Of a stretch of DNA of 64,000 bases, positions 9,937 through 20,355 are shown one piece after another. Every line of letters starts with the position of its first letter. The stretch's first letter is position 1. The notes under the pieces are model-generated. The model did no database searches, was not told the origin of the DNA, and was given only the letters and a program-made list of their open reading frames with translations. The position numbers were made by a program, and so were the translations under genes. The DNA comes from Trichormus sp. ATA11-4-KO1 (GTDB taxonomy: Bacteria; Cyanobacteriota; Cyanobacteriia; Cyanobacteriales; Nostocaceae), in contig JAHHIM010000023.1 in the NCBI GenBank assembly GCA_019358915.1, positions 12,317-76,316 on the forward strand, in the 5' to 3' direction.

Positions 9937-11664
9937 TTAAGTTTGATATCCGTAGGTATCAGGATCATTTGCTGCGGAACGATATTCACTAGTGTCGGTA
10001 ACGTTGGCACTGACTGCATAAGGATTAATTACAGTCAGGGCTTGCTTGAGTGCTTCTGAACGATTCATCAAGAAATTTTGTGCAGGTACGAATCGCTCGA
10101 TGCCAAATTTTTCTAAGCGGCGTTTAATTTTGCCAGATGCACCGACAATTAACACGTGACGACCTTGTTCACAAGCGTCTTTGATGGCATTTTCAATTGC
10201 TAAAGAAGCCGTCACACCCAACATGGGGACATCGCTGAGGTCTAAAATCAGCACGTCAGAGTCTGCCATTGCTGAATGTTCACGAGCGATCGCTTTGGAT
10301 ACGCCAAAAATCATCGGCCCGCTCAGGTAAAATAGCAGCACACGTCCGTTAGCTTGATCTAGCAATTTTTTCTCTTCATCGTTCAAGATAATGGCATCAT
10401 CCGCATCGGTAATTGTCTTCACATCCTGGGACTGTAACTGAGAAAGACGTTCGATAGTTAAGATGTTGGCAATGAAAACTCCCACGCCGACAGCAACAAT
10501 CAAGTCAACAAATACGGTTAAGAACATGACACCGTACATAATCAGCGCACCCTTGAGGGATACATGATGAGCGCGTTTCAAAAAGCTCCAGTCGAGAATG
10601 TCAATCCCTACTTTGAGAGCAATACCAGCCAATACTGCCATGGGGATGCTTTGAGTTAAACCAGCAGCCCACAAAACTACAACCAGTAAAATCAATGCAC
10701 GAGTCAAACCAGATAAAGCCGTTTTAGCACCAGTCTGGATATTAACTACTGTTCCCATCGTTGCACCAGCACCAGGGAGTCCACCACATAAACCAGATGC
10801 TAAGTTACCGAGACCTTGACCAATTAATTCTTTATTAGACTTGTGTTCAGTGCGAGTCAAACTATCGGCAATTACAGAAGTTAACAAAGTATCAATACAA
10901 CCCAACATCCCCAACATTGCCCCATCAACAATCATCACAGTGATTTGTGATGCACTAAAGGTAGGTATTTGCAATGTTGGCAGTCCCATGGGAATTTCAC
11001 CAATGCGTCTGATGTCAACATTTCCGAAAAATACTAGGGAAACTATTGTTACTACTACTAATGCCACTAATTGTGGTGGGGCAAAACGCTTGAGTTTAGA
11101 TGGCATTAAGAAAATAATTGCCAAGGTCATTGCTCCCAAAGCTGTTTCCACCGGATTAATATTTGCTAACAGCTGAGGGAGATTTTGCACCATTCCTAAT
11201 ACACCACCTTTCGGACTGGGTTGTCCCACAAAAGGGGCAATTTGCAGTAATATCAAAATGACTCCAATCCCAGACATGAAACCGGAAATCACACTGTAGG
11301 GCATGAGGGTGATATATTTACCCAGCTTGAATACTCCCAACAAGATTTGAAATATCCCGGCCAGCATAACTACTGTAAATGCCATTGCCAAGCCGTTTTC
11401 AGGGTCTCTAGCAGTCATGGAACTGACAATTGCCGTCATGACTACGGTCATTGGCCCGGTTGGCTCAGAAATTAAGGTTGGTGTCCCACCAAATAAGGCG
11501 GCGAAAAAGCCGACGCAAACTGCACCATAAAGACCAGCCACAGGCCCAGCACCGGAGGCGACACCGAATGCCAGCGCTAAAGGTAACGAGACGATCGCAG
11601 CAGTTAAACCACCGAACAAATCGCCTCGTAAGTTTCTAAAATGGATAGTATTAGTCAATGTCAT
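9937..11664 (-). CDS. bicA: SulP-family Na+-dependent bicarbonate transporter BicA with STAS domain
   Basis: GDLFGGLTAAIVSLPLALAFG, ISEPTGPM, GAGATMGTVVN; STAS DLSDVPMLG. Confidence 0.92.
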   Translation of the reverse strand: MTLTNTIHFRNLRGDLFGGLTAAIVSLPLALAFGVASGAGPVAGLYGAVCVGFFAALFGGTPTLISEPTGPMTVVMTAIVSSMTARDPENGLAMAFTVVMLAGIFQILLGVFKLGKYITLMPYSVISGFMSGIGVILILLQIAPFVGQPSPKGGVLGMVQNLPQLLANINPVETALGAMTLAIIFLMPSKLKRFAPPQLVALVVVTIVSLVFFGNVDIRRIGEIPMGLPTLQIPTFSASQITVMIVDGAMLGMLGCIDTLLTSVIADSLTRTEHKSNKELIGQGLGNLASGLCGGLPGAGATMGTVVNIQTGAKTALSGLTRALILLVVVLWAAGLTQSIPMAVLAGIALKVGIDILDWSFLKRAHHVSLKGALIMYGVMFLTVFVDLIVAVGVGVFIANILTIERLSQLQSQDVKTITDADDAIILNDEEKKLLDQANGRVLLFYLSGPMIFGVSKAIAREHSAMADSDVLILDLSDVPMLGVTASLAIENAIKDACEQGRHVLIVGASGKIKRRLEKFGIERFVPAQNFLMNRSEALKQALTVINPYAVSANVTDTSEYRSAANDPDTYGYQT

Positions 11665-12010
11665 ACTTTGCTTATAGTTCTAAAAACAACAAAATTTAGA
11701 TTGGTAAAAATTGCCAGTGACTTTCAGTAATTCTCATGTTTTTTGAACATGAAAAATTAGGTAAAGAAAATTTTAATTCTTCACAAAGCAATAGGGTATG
11801 TGCCTTTCTACATGGTGAGTTGCTAAATACGAATCCACAATAGAGAAGGCTTAGGTCAAAGACAGTTCAAAATTTTGACTCAAAGAACTTACATAAATTG
11901 CCAGTTTCTTTTGCTTGCCAACTTTCTAAGGTTAACAATAGCTTACAGCCTTATAATTCAATTTTGTTAATTAAGGAGCATTAATATTAAATAAATATTA
12001 AATTGCTTGC

Positions 12011-12026
12011 ATAGATAAAAGACTAT
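12011..12026 (-). promoter_or_regulatory. Putative CcmR/NdhR (LysR-type) operator upstream of bicA
   Basis: ATAG-ataaaaga-CTAT is an exact ATAG-N8-CTAT, ~350 bp upstream of bicA. Confidence 0.65.
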
Positions 12027-12340
12027 ACTTGTTGACTTACTTTGATGGCAGTAATTAATAAGATAGGTAAAAGTTATATTAATTTTGATGAAAAAGGTTT
12101 TTTGACCAGACTAATTTAGTTCATAAATAGCGATCTAAAATTTTGTCCAATTTTAGGCTTTCCACCTTTGTGCCTTTGTGGTTCAAAAGTCATTCTTTTA
12201 ACCACTAAGACACTAAGACACCAAGAAAAATACATTACACCTGGAAAGGGGTAGTCCTAGGTATATTCTTTCAGACCAAGATGCTGATTTGAATTCGTAG
12301 ATAAGATAAAAGAGTAAAAGGCTTTTCATCCACACTACCA

Positions 12341-13639
12341 ATGACCTCAACCCTGTTAAAATTTCCTCGGATCAATGCTCCCACACTGCACCAAATGCCT
12401 AATGGTTTAACCATAGTAGCGGAGCAAATGCCGATTGAAGCTGTGAATCTCAGCTTGTGGATCAAAGTTGGCTCGGCGGTAGAATCTGATGCTATTAACG
12501 GCATGGCTCACTTTTTAGAGCATATGATTTTTAAAGGAACTGAGCGATTAGCTAGTGGTGAGTTTGAACGTCGAATTGAAGAGCGGGGTGCCGTTACCAA
12601 TGCGGCTACCAGCCAAGATTATACTCATTACTATATAACTACTGCTCCCAAAGATTTTGCTGAACTAGCACCACTACAAATAGATGTAGTATTTAATCCC
12701 AGTATTCCTGATGATGCCTTTGAACGTGAGCGATTGGTGGTTCTGGAAGAAATTAAGCGTTCCGAAGATAATCCTCGTCGGCGCACATTTAGAAGGGCGA
12801 TGGAAACAGCGTTTGAACATTTACCTTATCGCCGTGCAGTATTGGGGCCAGAAGAGGTAATTTCCCAACTTAAACCTCAGCAAATGCGTGATTTTCATGC
12901 TATTTGGTATCAACCCCAGTCAATTACTGCTGTAGCTGTGGGTAATTTACCTGTGGAAGAATTAATTGCAACTGTGGCTGAGGGATTTAGTCACACTCAA
13001 CACTCAGCACTCAGCACTCCCCTTCGACTTCGCTCAGGGCCAGCGCACTCAGCACTCAGTCCTGAACCTGCATTTACAGAAATTGTGCGTCGGGAATTTG
13101 TTGATGAAAGTCTTCAGCAAGCACGGATAGTGATGGTGTGGCGAGTTCCAGGGTTGGGACAATTAGATGATATTTATGGTTTGGATGTTTTAGCGGGAAT
13201 TTTAGGACAAGGACGGACATCAAGATTTGTTAAAGATTTGCGGGAAGAAAAAGGATTAGTGTCTTCCATCGCTGTGAGTAATATGAGTAATTTACTGCAA
13301 GGGACATTTTATATTTCGGCTAAATGTGCAGTGGAAAATTTACAGGCTGTGGAGGAAGCGATCGCCCAACATATCCGTATACTGCAAACAGAGTTAATCT
13401 CAGAAAAAGAAATTGCCCGTGTGCGGCGGCGGGTAGCTAACAGATATATATTTGGTAACGAAACCCCAAGCGATCGCGCTGGTTTATATGGTTACTATCA
13501 ATCTATGATAGGAGATTTAGAACCTGCGTTTAACTACCCACATCATATTCACAGCCAGGATGCAACTGACTTAATGCAAGCAGCCAAAGATTATCTGTCT
13601 CCAGATGCTTATGGTGTAGTTGTCCTCAAGCCGTATTAA
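12341..13639 (+). CDS. M16 (pitrilysin-family) zinc peptidase with an in-frame repeat insertion
   Basis: AHFLEHMIFKGT (HXXEH), NAATSQDYTHYY. Confidence 0.92.
   Translation: MTSTLLKFPRINAPTLHQMPNGLTIVAEQMPIEAVNLSLWIKVGSAVESDAINGMAHFLEHMIFKGTERLASGEFERRIEERGAVTNAATSQDYTHYYITTAPKDFAELAPLQIDVVFNPSIPDDAFERERLVVLEEIKRSEDNPRRRTFRRAMETAFEHLPYRRAVLGPEEVISQLKPQQMRDFHAIWYQPQSITAVAVGNLPVEELIATVAEGFSHTQHSALSTPLRLRSGPAHSALSPEPAFTEIVRREFVDESLQQARIVMVWRVPGLGQLDDIYGLDVLAGILGQGRTSRFVKDLREEKGLVSSIAVSNMSNLLQGTFYISAKCAVENLQAVEEAIAQHIRILQTELISEKEIARVRRRVANRYIFGNETPSDRAGLYGYYQSMIGDLEPAFNYPHHIHSQDATDLMQAAKDYLSPDAYGVVVLKPY
12994..13059 (+). repeat. CACTCAG heptamer array with embedded small dispersed repeat, in frame inside the peptidase
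   Basis: 13008-13059 is the exact 52-bp reverse complement of 32870-32921. Confidence 0.85.
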
Positions 13640-13682
13640 ATTAGGGAGTAGGGAGTGGGGACAATCCTCAAACTCTTATTTT

Positions 13683-13797
13683 CTCAGCGCCTCAGCGCAC
13701 GCCACTTGCTTCTCTTCGAGACGCTTCGCGAACAAGTCGGGAGACCCGCCCAACGCAGTGGCTCCTCTGCGTGTTAGCGCAGCGGGGCGTAAGCCCG
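13683..13797. repeat. Cluster of nested GC-rich small dispersed repeats
   Basis: Arms gccacttgc (13701-13709) and gcagtggc (13755-13762) enclose ctcttcgagacgcttcgcgaa; flanked by ctcagcgc/ctctgcgtg units. Confidence 0.55.
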
Positions 13798-13833
13798 GCA
13801 AAAATCATCCCACCAATCAGCAACGCCTTAAAA

Positions 13834-14697
13834 ATGTGGACTGAAATTGATACTCATATTAGCCAAGTTACTGGCGACAAGTTTCAGAGTCAGCAGCGAA
13901 ATTCTGTCAGTGGCGGCTGTATTAACCAAGGCTATGCTGTTTCTGATAGTCAGCAGACTTACTTCGTGAAGCTTAATCAAGCATCCCAAGTAGCAATGTT
14001 TGCAGCTGAAGCGCTAGGTTTAGAGGAAATGCTAGCGACAGCTAGTATTCGTGTTCCCAAACCTATTTGCTGGGGGACGGCTGGTAATTCTAGCTACATT
14101 GTTTTGGAATGGTTGGAAATGGGAGGGGGTAACAATAAATCTTGGCATGAAATGGGACGCAAGCTAGCAACGATGCACAAAGCTACTAGCAGCCAAGGTT
14201 TTGGGTGGAAAATTCATAATACTATTGGTTCTACACCCCAAATTAATACTTGGACAGCAGATTGGACAGAATTTTATGCGAAACACCGCCTAGACTATCA
14301 GTTTCAGTTAGCAAGGCGACGGGGTGGTAATTTTCCCAAACAAGATCAGTTACTAGCGATTATTCCTGAACTATTTGCAAATCATCAAGTGCAACCATCT
14401 TTAGTGCATGGCGATTTATGGAGTGGGAATGCTGGATGTACTGCTGCGGGAGAACCGATAATATTTGATCCAGCAACTTATTTTGGCGATCGCGAAGTTG
14501 ATATCGCCATGACAGAATTATTTGGTGGCTTCCCAGCCGGATTTTACCAAGGTTATCACGAGGTATTGCCTTTAGATGCAGGCTATGAGCAGAGAAAAAC
14601 GCTTTATAACCTATATCACATTCTCAATCACTTCAATTTATTTGGCGGTGGTTACGCTTCCCAAGCAAATAGGATGATTGACCAGATTTTGCGTTAA
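13834..14697 (+). CDS. Fructosamine kinase family protein
   Basis: VSGGCIN, NTIGSTPQIN, LVHGDLWSGN, FDPATYFGDREVDIAM; ATG at 13834 preferred because the longer ORF starts in repeat DNA. Confidence 0.92.
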   Translation: MWTEIDTHISQVTGDKFQSQQRNSVSGGCINQGYAVSDSQQTYFVKLNQASQVAMFAAEALGLEEMLATASIRVPKPICWGTAGNSSYIVLEWLEMGGGNNKSWHEMGRKLATMHKATSSQGFGWKIHNTIGSTPQINTWTADWTEFYAKHRLDYQFQLARRRGGNFPKQDQLLAIIPELFANHQVQPSLVHGDLWSGNAGCTAAGEPIIFDPATYFGDREVDIAMTELFGGFPAGFYQGYHEVLPLDAGYEQRKTLYNLYHILNHFNLFGGGYASQANRMIDQILR

Positions 14698-14948
14698 GTA
14701 CATGTTTTGGTCTTAACACAAAGCAACAATACTTAATGTTCTGTAGCTCGGGCAGAAGCCAAAATTTGATTTATTATTATAGACTTGTTATCAAATTAAG
14801 AGACCCCCATGACTCATGACAATCATAGGGATCTATAAAGCTCTTAATTTGGATACACCACCAGCTTCTTTTTTGGCATCAGTAGCTGGTTAGTAGCTTG
14901 ACTACATCAAAAGGTGTATTGCAACTGTACCAAGTGTGAACAGTGACA

Positions 14949-14977
14949 CCATAATCCCAAAAATTCTGGGATTATGG
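14949..14977 (-). terminator. Hairpin terminator after the PEP-CTERM gene
   Basis: ccataatccca-aaaattc-tgggattatgg inverted repeat just downstream of the stop. Confidence 0.65.
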
Positions 14978-14996
14978 CTTTAATAAACGGCTGGAA

Positions 14997-15641
14997 TTAA
15001 GCATTGACATTTTCTTTCTTCTTTTTAGCCAAACTGTTGGTGAAGAAAGCTCCCAATCCTAAAGCGGCGAGTGCGGCTGTAGTTCCAGGTTCTGGTATTG
15101 TTGACAATGAAGCAGAGTAGCTACCATCTGCATTGATGGAATTGATCGATAAAGCTCCTCTACCAAGAGAACTACCACTAGCATCGATAAAAGTTCCAGT
15201 TATACCTTGGTCAGTCACTGCAATTCTTACACCACCAGGAAGAGCTAATCTCTCGACGGAAAAGGGGTTATCAACGTTAAATATCAAACCACCGAGTGTA
15301 ATTAAGGGATTAACTGCACTACCAGAGTAGCTTGTACCCGCAATCTGGGTTAAAGACACATCTGACATGGTGGCATTTTGGCCTATGAAACCAGCAAAGC
15401 TGCCGCTTGATAAGTTGCCAACTGTAGCACTGTCAAATATGATTGTGTCATTTACAGGAGCTAACTGAGCACCGTTCACTATGGTGGCATCACCAACGAT
15501 ATTCAGTGTACCTGTAAGTGTTGCTGCCTGAGCAGAGCCTACATTAGCTGTTACAGCTACAGCAGTACCGAGAGCAAATGTAGCACCAGCAAAGGCTACA
15601 CCACGGCCAATTTTGTTGAGAGTTTTCATGGTTTTCTCCAT
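14997..15641 (-). CDS. PEP-CTERM surface protein
   Basis: Signal peptide ending AQA; C-terminal IPEP, hydrophobic helix and basic tail KKKK. Confidence 0.9.
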   Translation of the reverse strand: MEKTMKTLNKIGRGVAFAGATFALGTAVAVTANVGSAQAATLTGTLNIVGDATIVNGAQLAPVNDTIIFDSATVGNLSSGSFAGFIGQNATMSDVSLTQIAGTSYSGSAVNPLITLGGLIFNVDNPFSVERLALPGGVRIAVTDQGITGTFIDASGSSLGRGALSINSINADGSYSASLSTIPEPGTTAALAALGLGAFFTNSLAKKKKENVNA

Positions 15642-16212
15642 CTAAAAGTTTATAGTTGTTATACCAAAGCCTAGGTGAATACTGTGCTTCGGGTACCTAC
15701 GCTTTGTGCCACTTTATTAATAGGCTAAGGTTTTGCAACCTAGTCTAATTAGGCACATATTCACAAAGAAATGGTATTAGTTTGGGGAGTGTAATTCCGA
15801 TATGCAATTTGCCAATACGGTTAGTTGATTACACGCTCTAGCCTTATGGGAACTAAATTTAAGTAGATACAACACCCAGAAATAGCAAAAGTCAAACTTA
15901 AAGTTGTATTTTTAGCTAAATCTTATGTTTCTCCTGTCAGTATTATCACACGCAATTCCTAGGCTTATCATAAAATAACAGTAAAGAAGGCACTAAGTTT
16001 GTGTGAATACTTTTACGTAAATTTCTCTATGAAAATTATAATAAAAGCTATCGAATAATAACAGGCTAATCAACATTGAATGATTAGCCTGTTGTGTATA
16101 ATTTCAATTACATTAGCGGGAACAATTTACAGCACTATCGATTGCTATGACTAGTAGTTTCTCTCAACAACTAAAATTCAGTATCAGAGTATATTTACTG
16201 TAACTAAACAAC

Positions 16213-16875
16213 TTAAACTGAATGCAAAGCTTTTCTCGCTTCATTTGCCACCGCTTCGACCTCATCATCAACAAGAGTTTCTAATACAGATTTAGCATCT
16301 GCACCACCTAAACGAGTCAAGGCTTGCACAACTCTGTAACGAATCTGCCAATCTGAGTTACTAGCAAAGGGTGCTAAAAGAGGGATTGCTTGTATATCTC
16401 CTAACTCTCCAAAGGAACTAATAGCAGCAGTTTGGACTAATTCATTCTCTGAAGAGAGTGCTTGTTTGAGTAATGCAAAAGCTCGCGGATCACCTAACTC
16501 TCCTAATGTAGCAATGATGCTAAATTGCACCAACCACTCCGGGGTTGTGTTGTAAAGCTGCTCTAAATCTGCAAAAGCATCGTGTAATTTTAAAGCCCCT
16601 AAACAGTCGGCGGCGGCGGCTTGAACATCAGGTTCGGGGTCATTGAGTAAACCACGTAATATGTCTAAAGATAGTTGTAAATTTTGGTTTCCTAGGGTAT
16701 CTATTTGACTCACAGCAGAGTATCGCACTCGAGAGTTACTATCACCAATAGCAATTTGAATTAATTCAAAAGCTTTTGCTGGTTCTAATTCGCGGGCTTG
16801 ATTAACAGCACGCAAGCGATCGCCTAAATCCTCAGAACTAAGTAATTGCCTTACAGACTCAGGAGTAATACTCAT
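16213..16875 (-). CDS. nblB: HEAT-repeat phycobilisome degradation protein NblB
   Basis: LLSSEDLGDRLRAVNQ N-terminus and PBS-lyase HEAT repeats. Confidence 0.82.
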   Translation of the reverse strand: MSITPESVRQLLSSEDLGDRLRAVNQARELEPAKAFELIQIAIGDSNSRVRYSAVSQIDTLGNQNLQLSLDILRGLLNDPEPDVQAAAADCLGALKLHDAFADLEQLYNTTPEWLVQFSIIATLGELGDPRAFALLKQALSSENELVQTAAISSFGELGDIQAIPLLAPFASNSDWQIRYRVVQALTRLGGADAKSVLETLVDDEVEAVANEARKALHSV

Positions 16876-16958
16876 TTATTTGTCCTAATTTTCAAAAGTG
16901 TTTAAAAAAGTCAATCACCAAAGCAGAAAAACTCTATACCAATAACTAATGACTAAGA

Positions 16959-17417
16959 TTAACTAGCTGCCATTGCTCGAACAATATCACCACGAGTGAG
17001 AATACCAACAACTTGACTCGCGCTGTCAAGAACTGGTAATCGGTGAACTTTGCGATCGTGCATCAGTTGAGCTGCTTCCTTGACAGTTTTATCTGGAGAA
17101 ATAGTCACAGGGTTTTTACTCATCACTTCGCCAACAGTTTGCCCTAGTGCTTTGTGTAGATCGCGATCGTAAGTGGCAGGATTTTGTAAATAAATCACAC
17201 TATCGAGAAACATAATGTACGCCGGAGGAGTCACACCAGTTTCTTGCCACATCAAATCAGTTTCGGAAATAATACCCACCAATTTACCAACATCATCAAC
17301 AACAGGTATGCCACCGATGCGTCTTTCTGCAAGAATTTGGATAGCTTCCTTTAATGGAGTTTCAGGCCTGACAACAATTGGGTCATGGCTCATCACGTCG
17401 GCAACGGTTTTAGACAT
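16959..17417 (-). CDS. CBS-pair domain protein
   Basis: TVADVMS...LVGIISETDL...VGILTRGDI. Confidence 0.92.
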   Translation of the reverse strand: MSKTVADVMSHDPIVVRPETPLKEAIQILAERRIGGIPVVDDVGKLVGIISETDLMWQETGVTPPAYIMFLDSVIYLQNPATYDRDLHKALGQTVGEVMSKNPVTISPDKTVKEAAQLMHDRKVHRLPVLDSASQVVGILTRGDIVRAMAAS

Positions 17418-17545
17418 TTATTTGCTGACACCTTCGATCAAAGTCTCTGCAATCATTGTAGAAAATTGCGTGACTCAACCTGCTTCAGTTAATACATTGT
17501 TACGGTATTGGGGAATGGGGACTCAGAAAATCCCCCTCATCCCCC

Positions 17546-17965
17546 TCATCTCCCAACTCCCTCCTTTAACGCTGCGATAATTTGACTATTTGCTTGGGGA
17601 AAAGCATATTTTTCTAGATCATCTAAGTTAACCCAGCAAACTTCATCACATTCTAGAGGTTGGGGAACACCTGTCATCAAACGACACTGATGTACTGTTA
17701 GGGTGACGCGCAAGTGAGTGTAAGTGTGATCAATAGTAATTAAATGTTCTCCCACGGCAATTACTATTCCCAGTTCTTCTTTAATTTCCCGTTGAATACA
17801 CTCTTCAATGGTTTCACCAGGCTCAATTTTACCTCCAGGAAATTCCCACAAACCACCCATTACACCTTCTGAACGACGGCGGTCTATTAAAATTTGTTCA
17901 TGGTCGTTCCAAATTACAGCAACACCAATAATTTTGTGGGGTGGGAAAGAACTGGTTGCACTCAT
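17546..17965 (-). CDS. mutT: 8-oxo-dGTP diphosphatase MutT (Nudix)
   Basis: GGLWEFPGGKIEPGETIEECIQREIKEELG; the 5' extension to 18052 is repeat-like, so ATG at 17965 preferred. Confidence 0.88.
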   Translation of the reverse strand: MSATSSFPPHKIIGVAVIWNDHEQILIDRRRSEGVMGGLWEFPGGKIEPGETIEECIQREIKEELGIVIAVGEHLITIDHTYTHLRVTLTVHQCRLMTGVPQPLECDEVCWVNLDDLEKYAFPQANSQIIAALKEGVGR

Positions 17966-18120
17966 AGTTAATGATGTTAAAAATGTGGGTGGAATTTTTC
18001 CAGATGCATGTACACCGTAGCCGCGTTGGAGAGGGGTTGGGGGAGAGGTCAAAAGAGATTTATCGAACTCACGCTAACTACATAATTTTACATTGCTTAA
18101 CTATTTACTTAATAGCAAAA

Positions 18121-18149
18121 CTCGGCAGATGTTGAGTTAATCTGCCGAG
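18121..18149 (-). terminator. Hairpin terminator downstream of DUF760 gene
   Basis: ctcggcagat...atctgccgag, followed by a U-tract on the minus strand. Confidence 0.6.
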
Positions 18150-18280
18150 CTTGCAGTTTATTTAAAGGGAAGGTAAGTTATGAAAAGCCTGCATGTAATT
18201 AATTTTCCATGGGTTTACCCATAACTATGAGACTGTATAAACCCAATAATGTTGCAATCTCCGATAAAAATTTCAATTGT

Positions 18281-18622
18281 TTAGTCAACTTCGCTATTAT
18301 TCTCGGTTCCTTGCAAAACTTTTTCAAAGTTCATTCTCTGCTCTGCATTGCGTAAAAAATAACCACTGATCATCGCTGAGGCGAGTAGCTGACCAAGACT
18401 TTCCCGACTTGTGGTTACGGTAACGTTAAAGTGTTCTGAAGGCAGGTTTCCTAATAATCCTATAATGTTACGCTCCATTACCTGAAAGACTTCGGAAGAA
18501 GTAGGTTTAGATAACTGGGTAACTGTTTCTGGACTCAAAGATTTAACGTACTGCCATAACAAATTACTTGTTTCTGACTCACCATTAAAAAATTCTGAGA
18601 CTCGATTGGATTGGTTACTCAT
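18281..18622 (-). CDS. DUF760 protein
   Basis: LLWQYVKSL...LGQLLASAMISGYFLRNAEQR. Confidence 0.88.
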   Translation of the reverse strand: MSNQSNRVSEFFNGESETSNLLWQYVKSLSPETVTQLSKPTSSEVFQVMERNIIGLLGNLPSEHFNVTVTTSRESLGQLLASAMISGYFLRNAEQRMNFEKVLQGTENNSEVD

Positions 18623-18854
18623 CTTGTACCTCTTGTAGGATCACTACTGGCTGTAGTGCTGGCAACTTGAATAGTAAATGCCTGTTTTTAATTTGATATA
18701 ACTAGCTATTGGCTATCCTTATCAATTAATGTAACAGGCTAATTACCAACCAGCAGTCGGTGTAACCGTACCAAAAGTAGAGTATTTTCTCGTCTTAATA
18801 CAGTATGTTTTTTTCCCAGTACTCAGAAAAAACTCACTACTTCTTTGATAACTC

Positions 18855-19811
18855 CTAACTTGCCAAATATTCATTCATGTTGGCTTTAGACTTGCGAAGT
18901 TTAGTTAAAGCTTCCCGCTCGATTTGCCGCACTCGTTCACGACTGATGTTTAATATCTCACCTATTTTTGCTAGAGTCAGTGCTTGTCCATCAGCTAATC
19001 CAAAGCGCAACGTAATCACTTCCTTTTGTTGCGGTGTGAGTTCCTCCATCAGACGTTCTAAGTCATAAGATAGAGAAGATTGCATGACAAACTCTTCTGG
19101 AGAAGCTCCTGGATCTTCCAGCATTTCTCCGAGTTCGGTATCATAGTTATCTCCTAACCGCAAATCTAAAGATAGAGGTAACCGCGCCTTTTCTAAATAC
19201 TCTCGCACTTGCTTTGGCGTCAGTTCCAATTCTTCAGCTAGTTCAGCAGCTGAAGGTGCACGTCCCAATTGTTGAGATAACTGGCGCTGTGCCTTTTTAA
19301 TTTTATTTAATTTTTCCGTAATGTGAATCGGCAGCCTGATAGTGCGAGCTTTTTCGGCGATCGCTCTAGTGATGGCTTGACGTATCCACCAATAGGCATA
19401 GGTCGAAAACCTATAACCTTTGGTTGGGTCAAACTTTTCTACGCCCCGTTGCATACCGATACTACCTTCTTGGATCAAGTCTAGTAAATCGACGTTGCGT
19501 TTAATGTATTTTTTGGCAACAGATACCACCAGACGCAAATTGGCTTCTACCATTTTGCGTTTAGCAATCTCACCGTCGGCGATCGCATCGTTCAACTCTG
19601 TTATTTCTAAATTTGCGGCTGTGGCCCACTCTTCTAAACTCGGTTGACGACCCAACTGATTGATCAGATACTCCCTGACTTCGTGCAAAGCACTGGAACG
19701 TTGCACTTGTTTGCCATAGAAAATTTCCTCCTCGTGGGTTAAGAGTGGCACACGGCCAATCTCACGCAGGTAAGTCCGCACGAGGTCTGTGGCTGTCTGA
19801 GCGGTCTTCAT
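18855..19811 (-). CDS. sigD: Group 2 RNA polymerase sigma factor, SigD-like
   Basis: [49 protein letters not shown]; no region 1.1; subtype assignment from memory. Confidence 0.8.
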   Translation of the reverse strand: MKTAQTATDLVRTYLREIGRVPLLTHEEEIFYGKQVQRSSALHEVREYLINQLGRQPSLEEWATAANLEITELNDAIADGEIAKRKMVEANLRLVVSVAKKYIKRNVDLLDLIQEGSIGMQRGVEKFDPTKGYRFSTYAYWWIRQAITRAIAEKARTIRLPIHITEKLNKIKKAQRQLSQQLGRAPSAAELAEELELTPKQVREYLEKARLPLSLDLRLGDNYDTELGEMLEDPGASPEEFVMQSSLSYDLERLMEELTPQQKEVITLRFGLADGQALTLAKIGEILNISRERVRQIEREALTKLRKSKANMNEYLAS

Positions 19812-20165
19812 GGCGCTACTCTTTGGTAATGATGGACTTGACGGTGGGGTCATTAACTGATAGATGCTTTTGCGGGGTATTACCCAACTGAACTGGGAAA
19901 CTAAGATATGGTTGGTAATTTACGCTTCCGAAAATCTCGGCTGCTCATATTAATCAGATTAAGGTCTTAACTGGTAGACGTTACAGTTATTTCTCAGTTT
20001 TCACAAGTATCTAAGGTTAGATAAAAGGTACAATTTGAACATTTTTTGTATTGACCATTATTAATAATTGTAACATTTATGAGAAAAATTGAAAAGCCTA
20101 ACAGTCCTGATTTTTTTAGCTGTTTTAGTTTATGCCATAGACTACTTGCAGCTGTTTTAGTTTAT

Positions 20166-20355
20166 CAATAAAGGCAGAGGGCAGAGGGCAGGAGGCAGAA
20201 GGAATACTGTCCTCCGTCTTTTGCTGCGACCACTCGTGAGCAAGGGTTTAAGACCCCCACCGAACTCTGTTCGGTAGCCCCAAAACAGGAGGGGTCAGAA
20301 TCCCTTTCTGTTTTGTTCCTTCTGCCCTCTGCCTCCTGCCTCCTGCCTTCTTCAA
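20166..20355. mobile_element. MITE-like 190-bp insert with inverted heptamer-repeat termini
   Basis: Left aggcagagggcagagggcaggaggcagaagg, right ccttctgccctctgcctcctgcctcctgcctt; splits one copy of a 32-bp duplication. Confidence 0.6.

Noticed and set aside
20057..20074. HLR1 (RpaB)-like direct repeat upstream of the sigma factor gene
   Set aside because: Two mismatches in AT-rich DNA; plausible but too weak to call.
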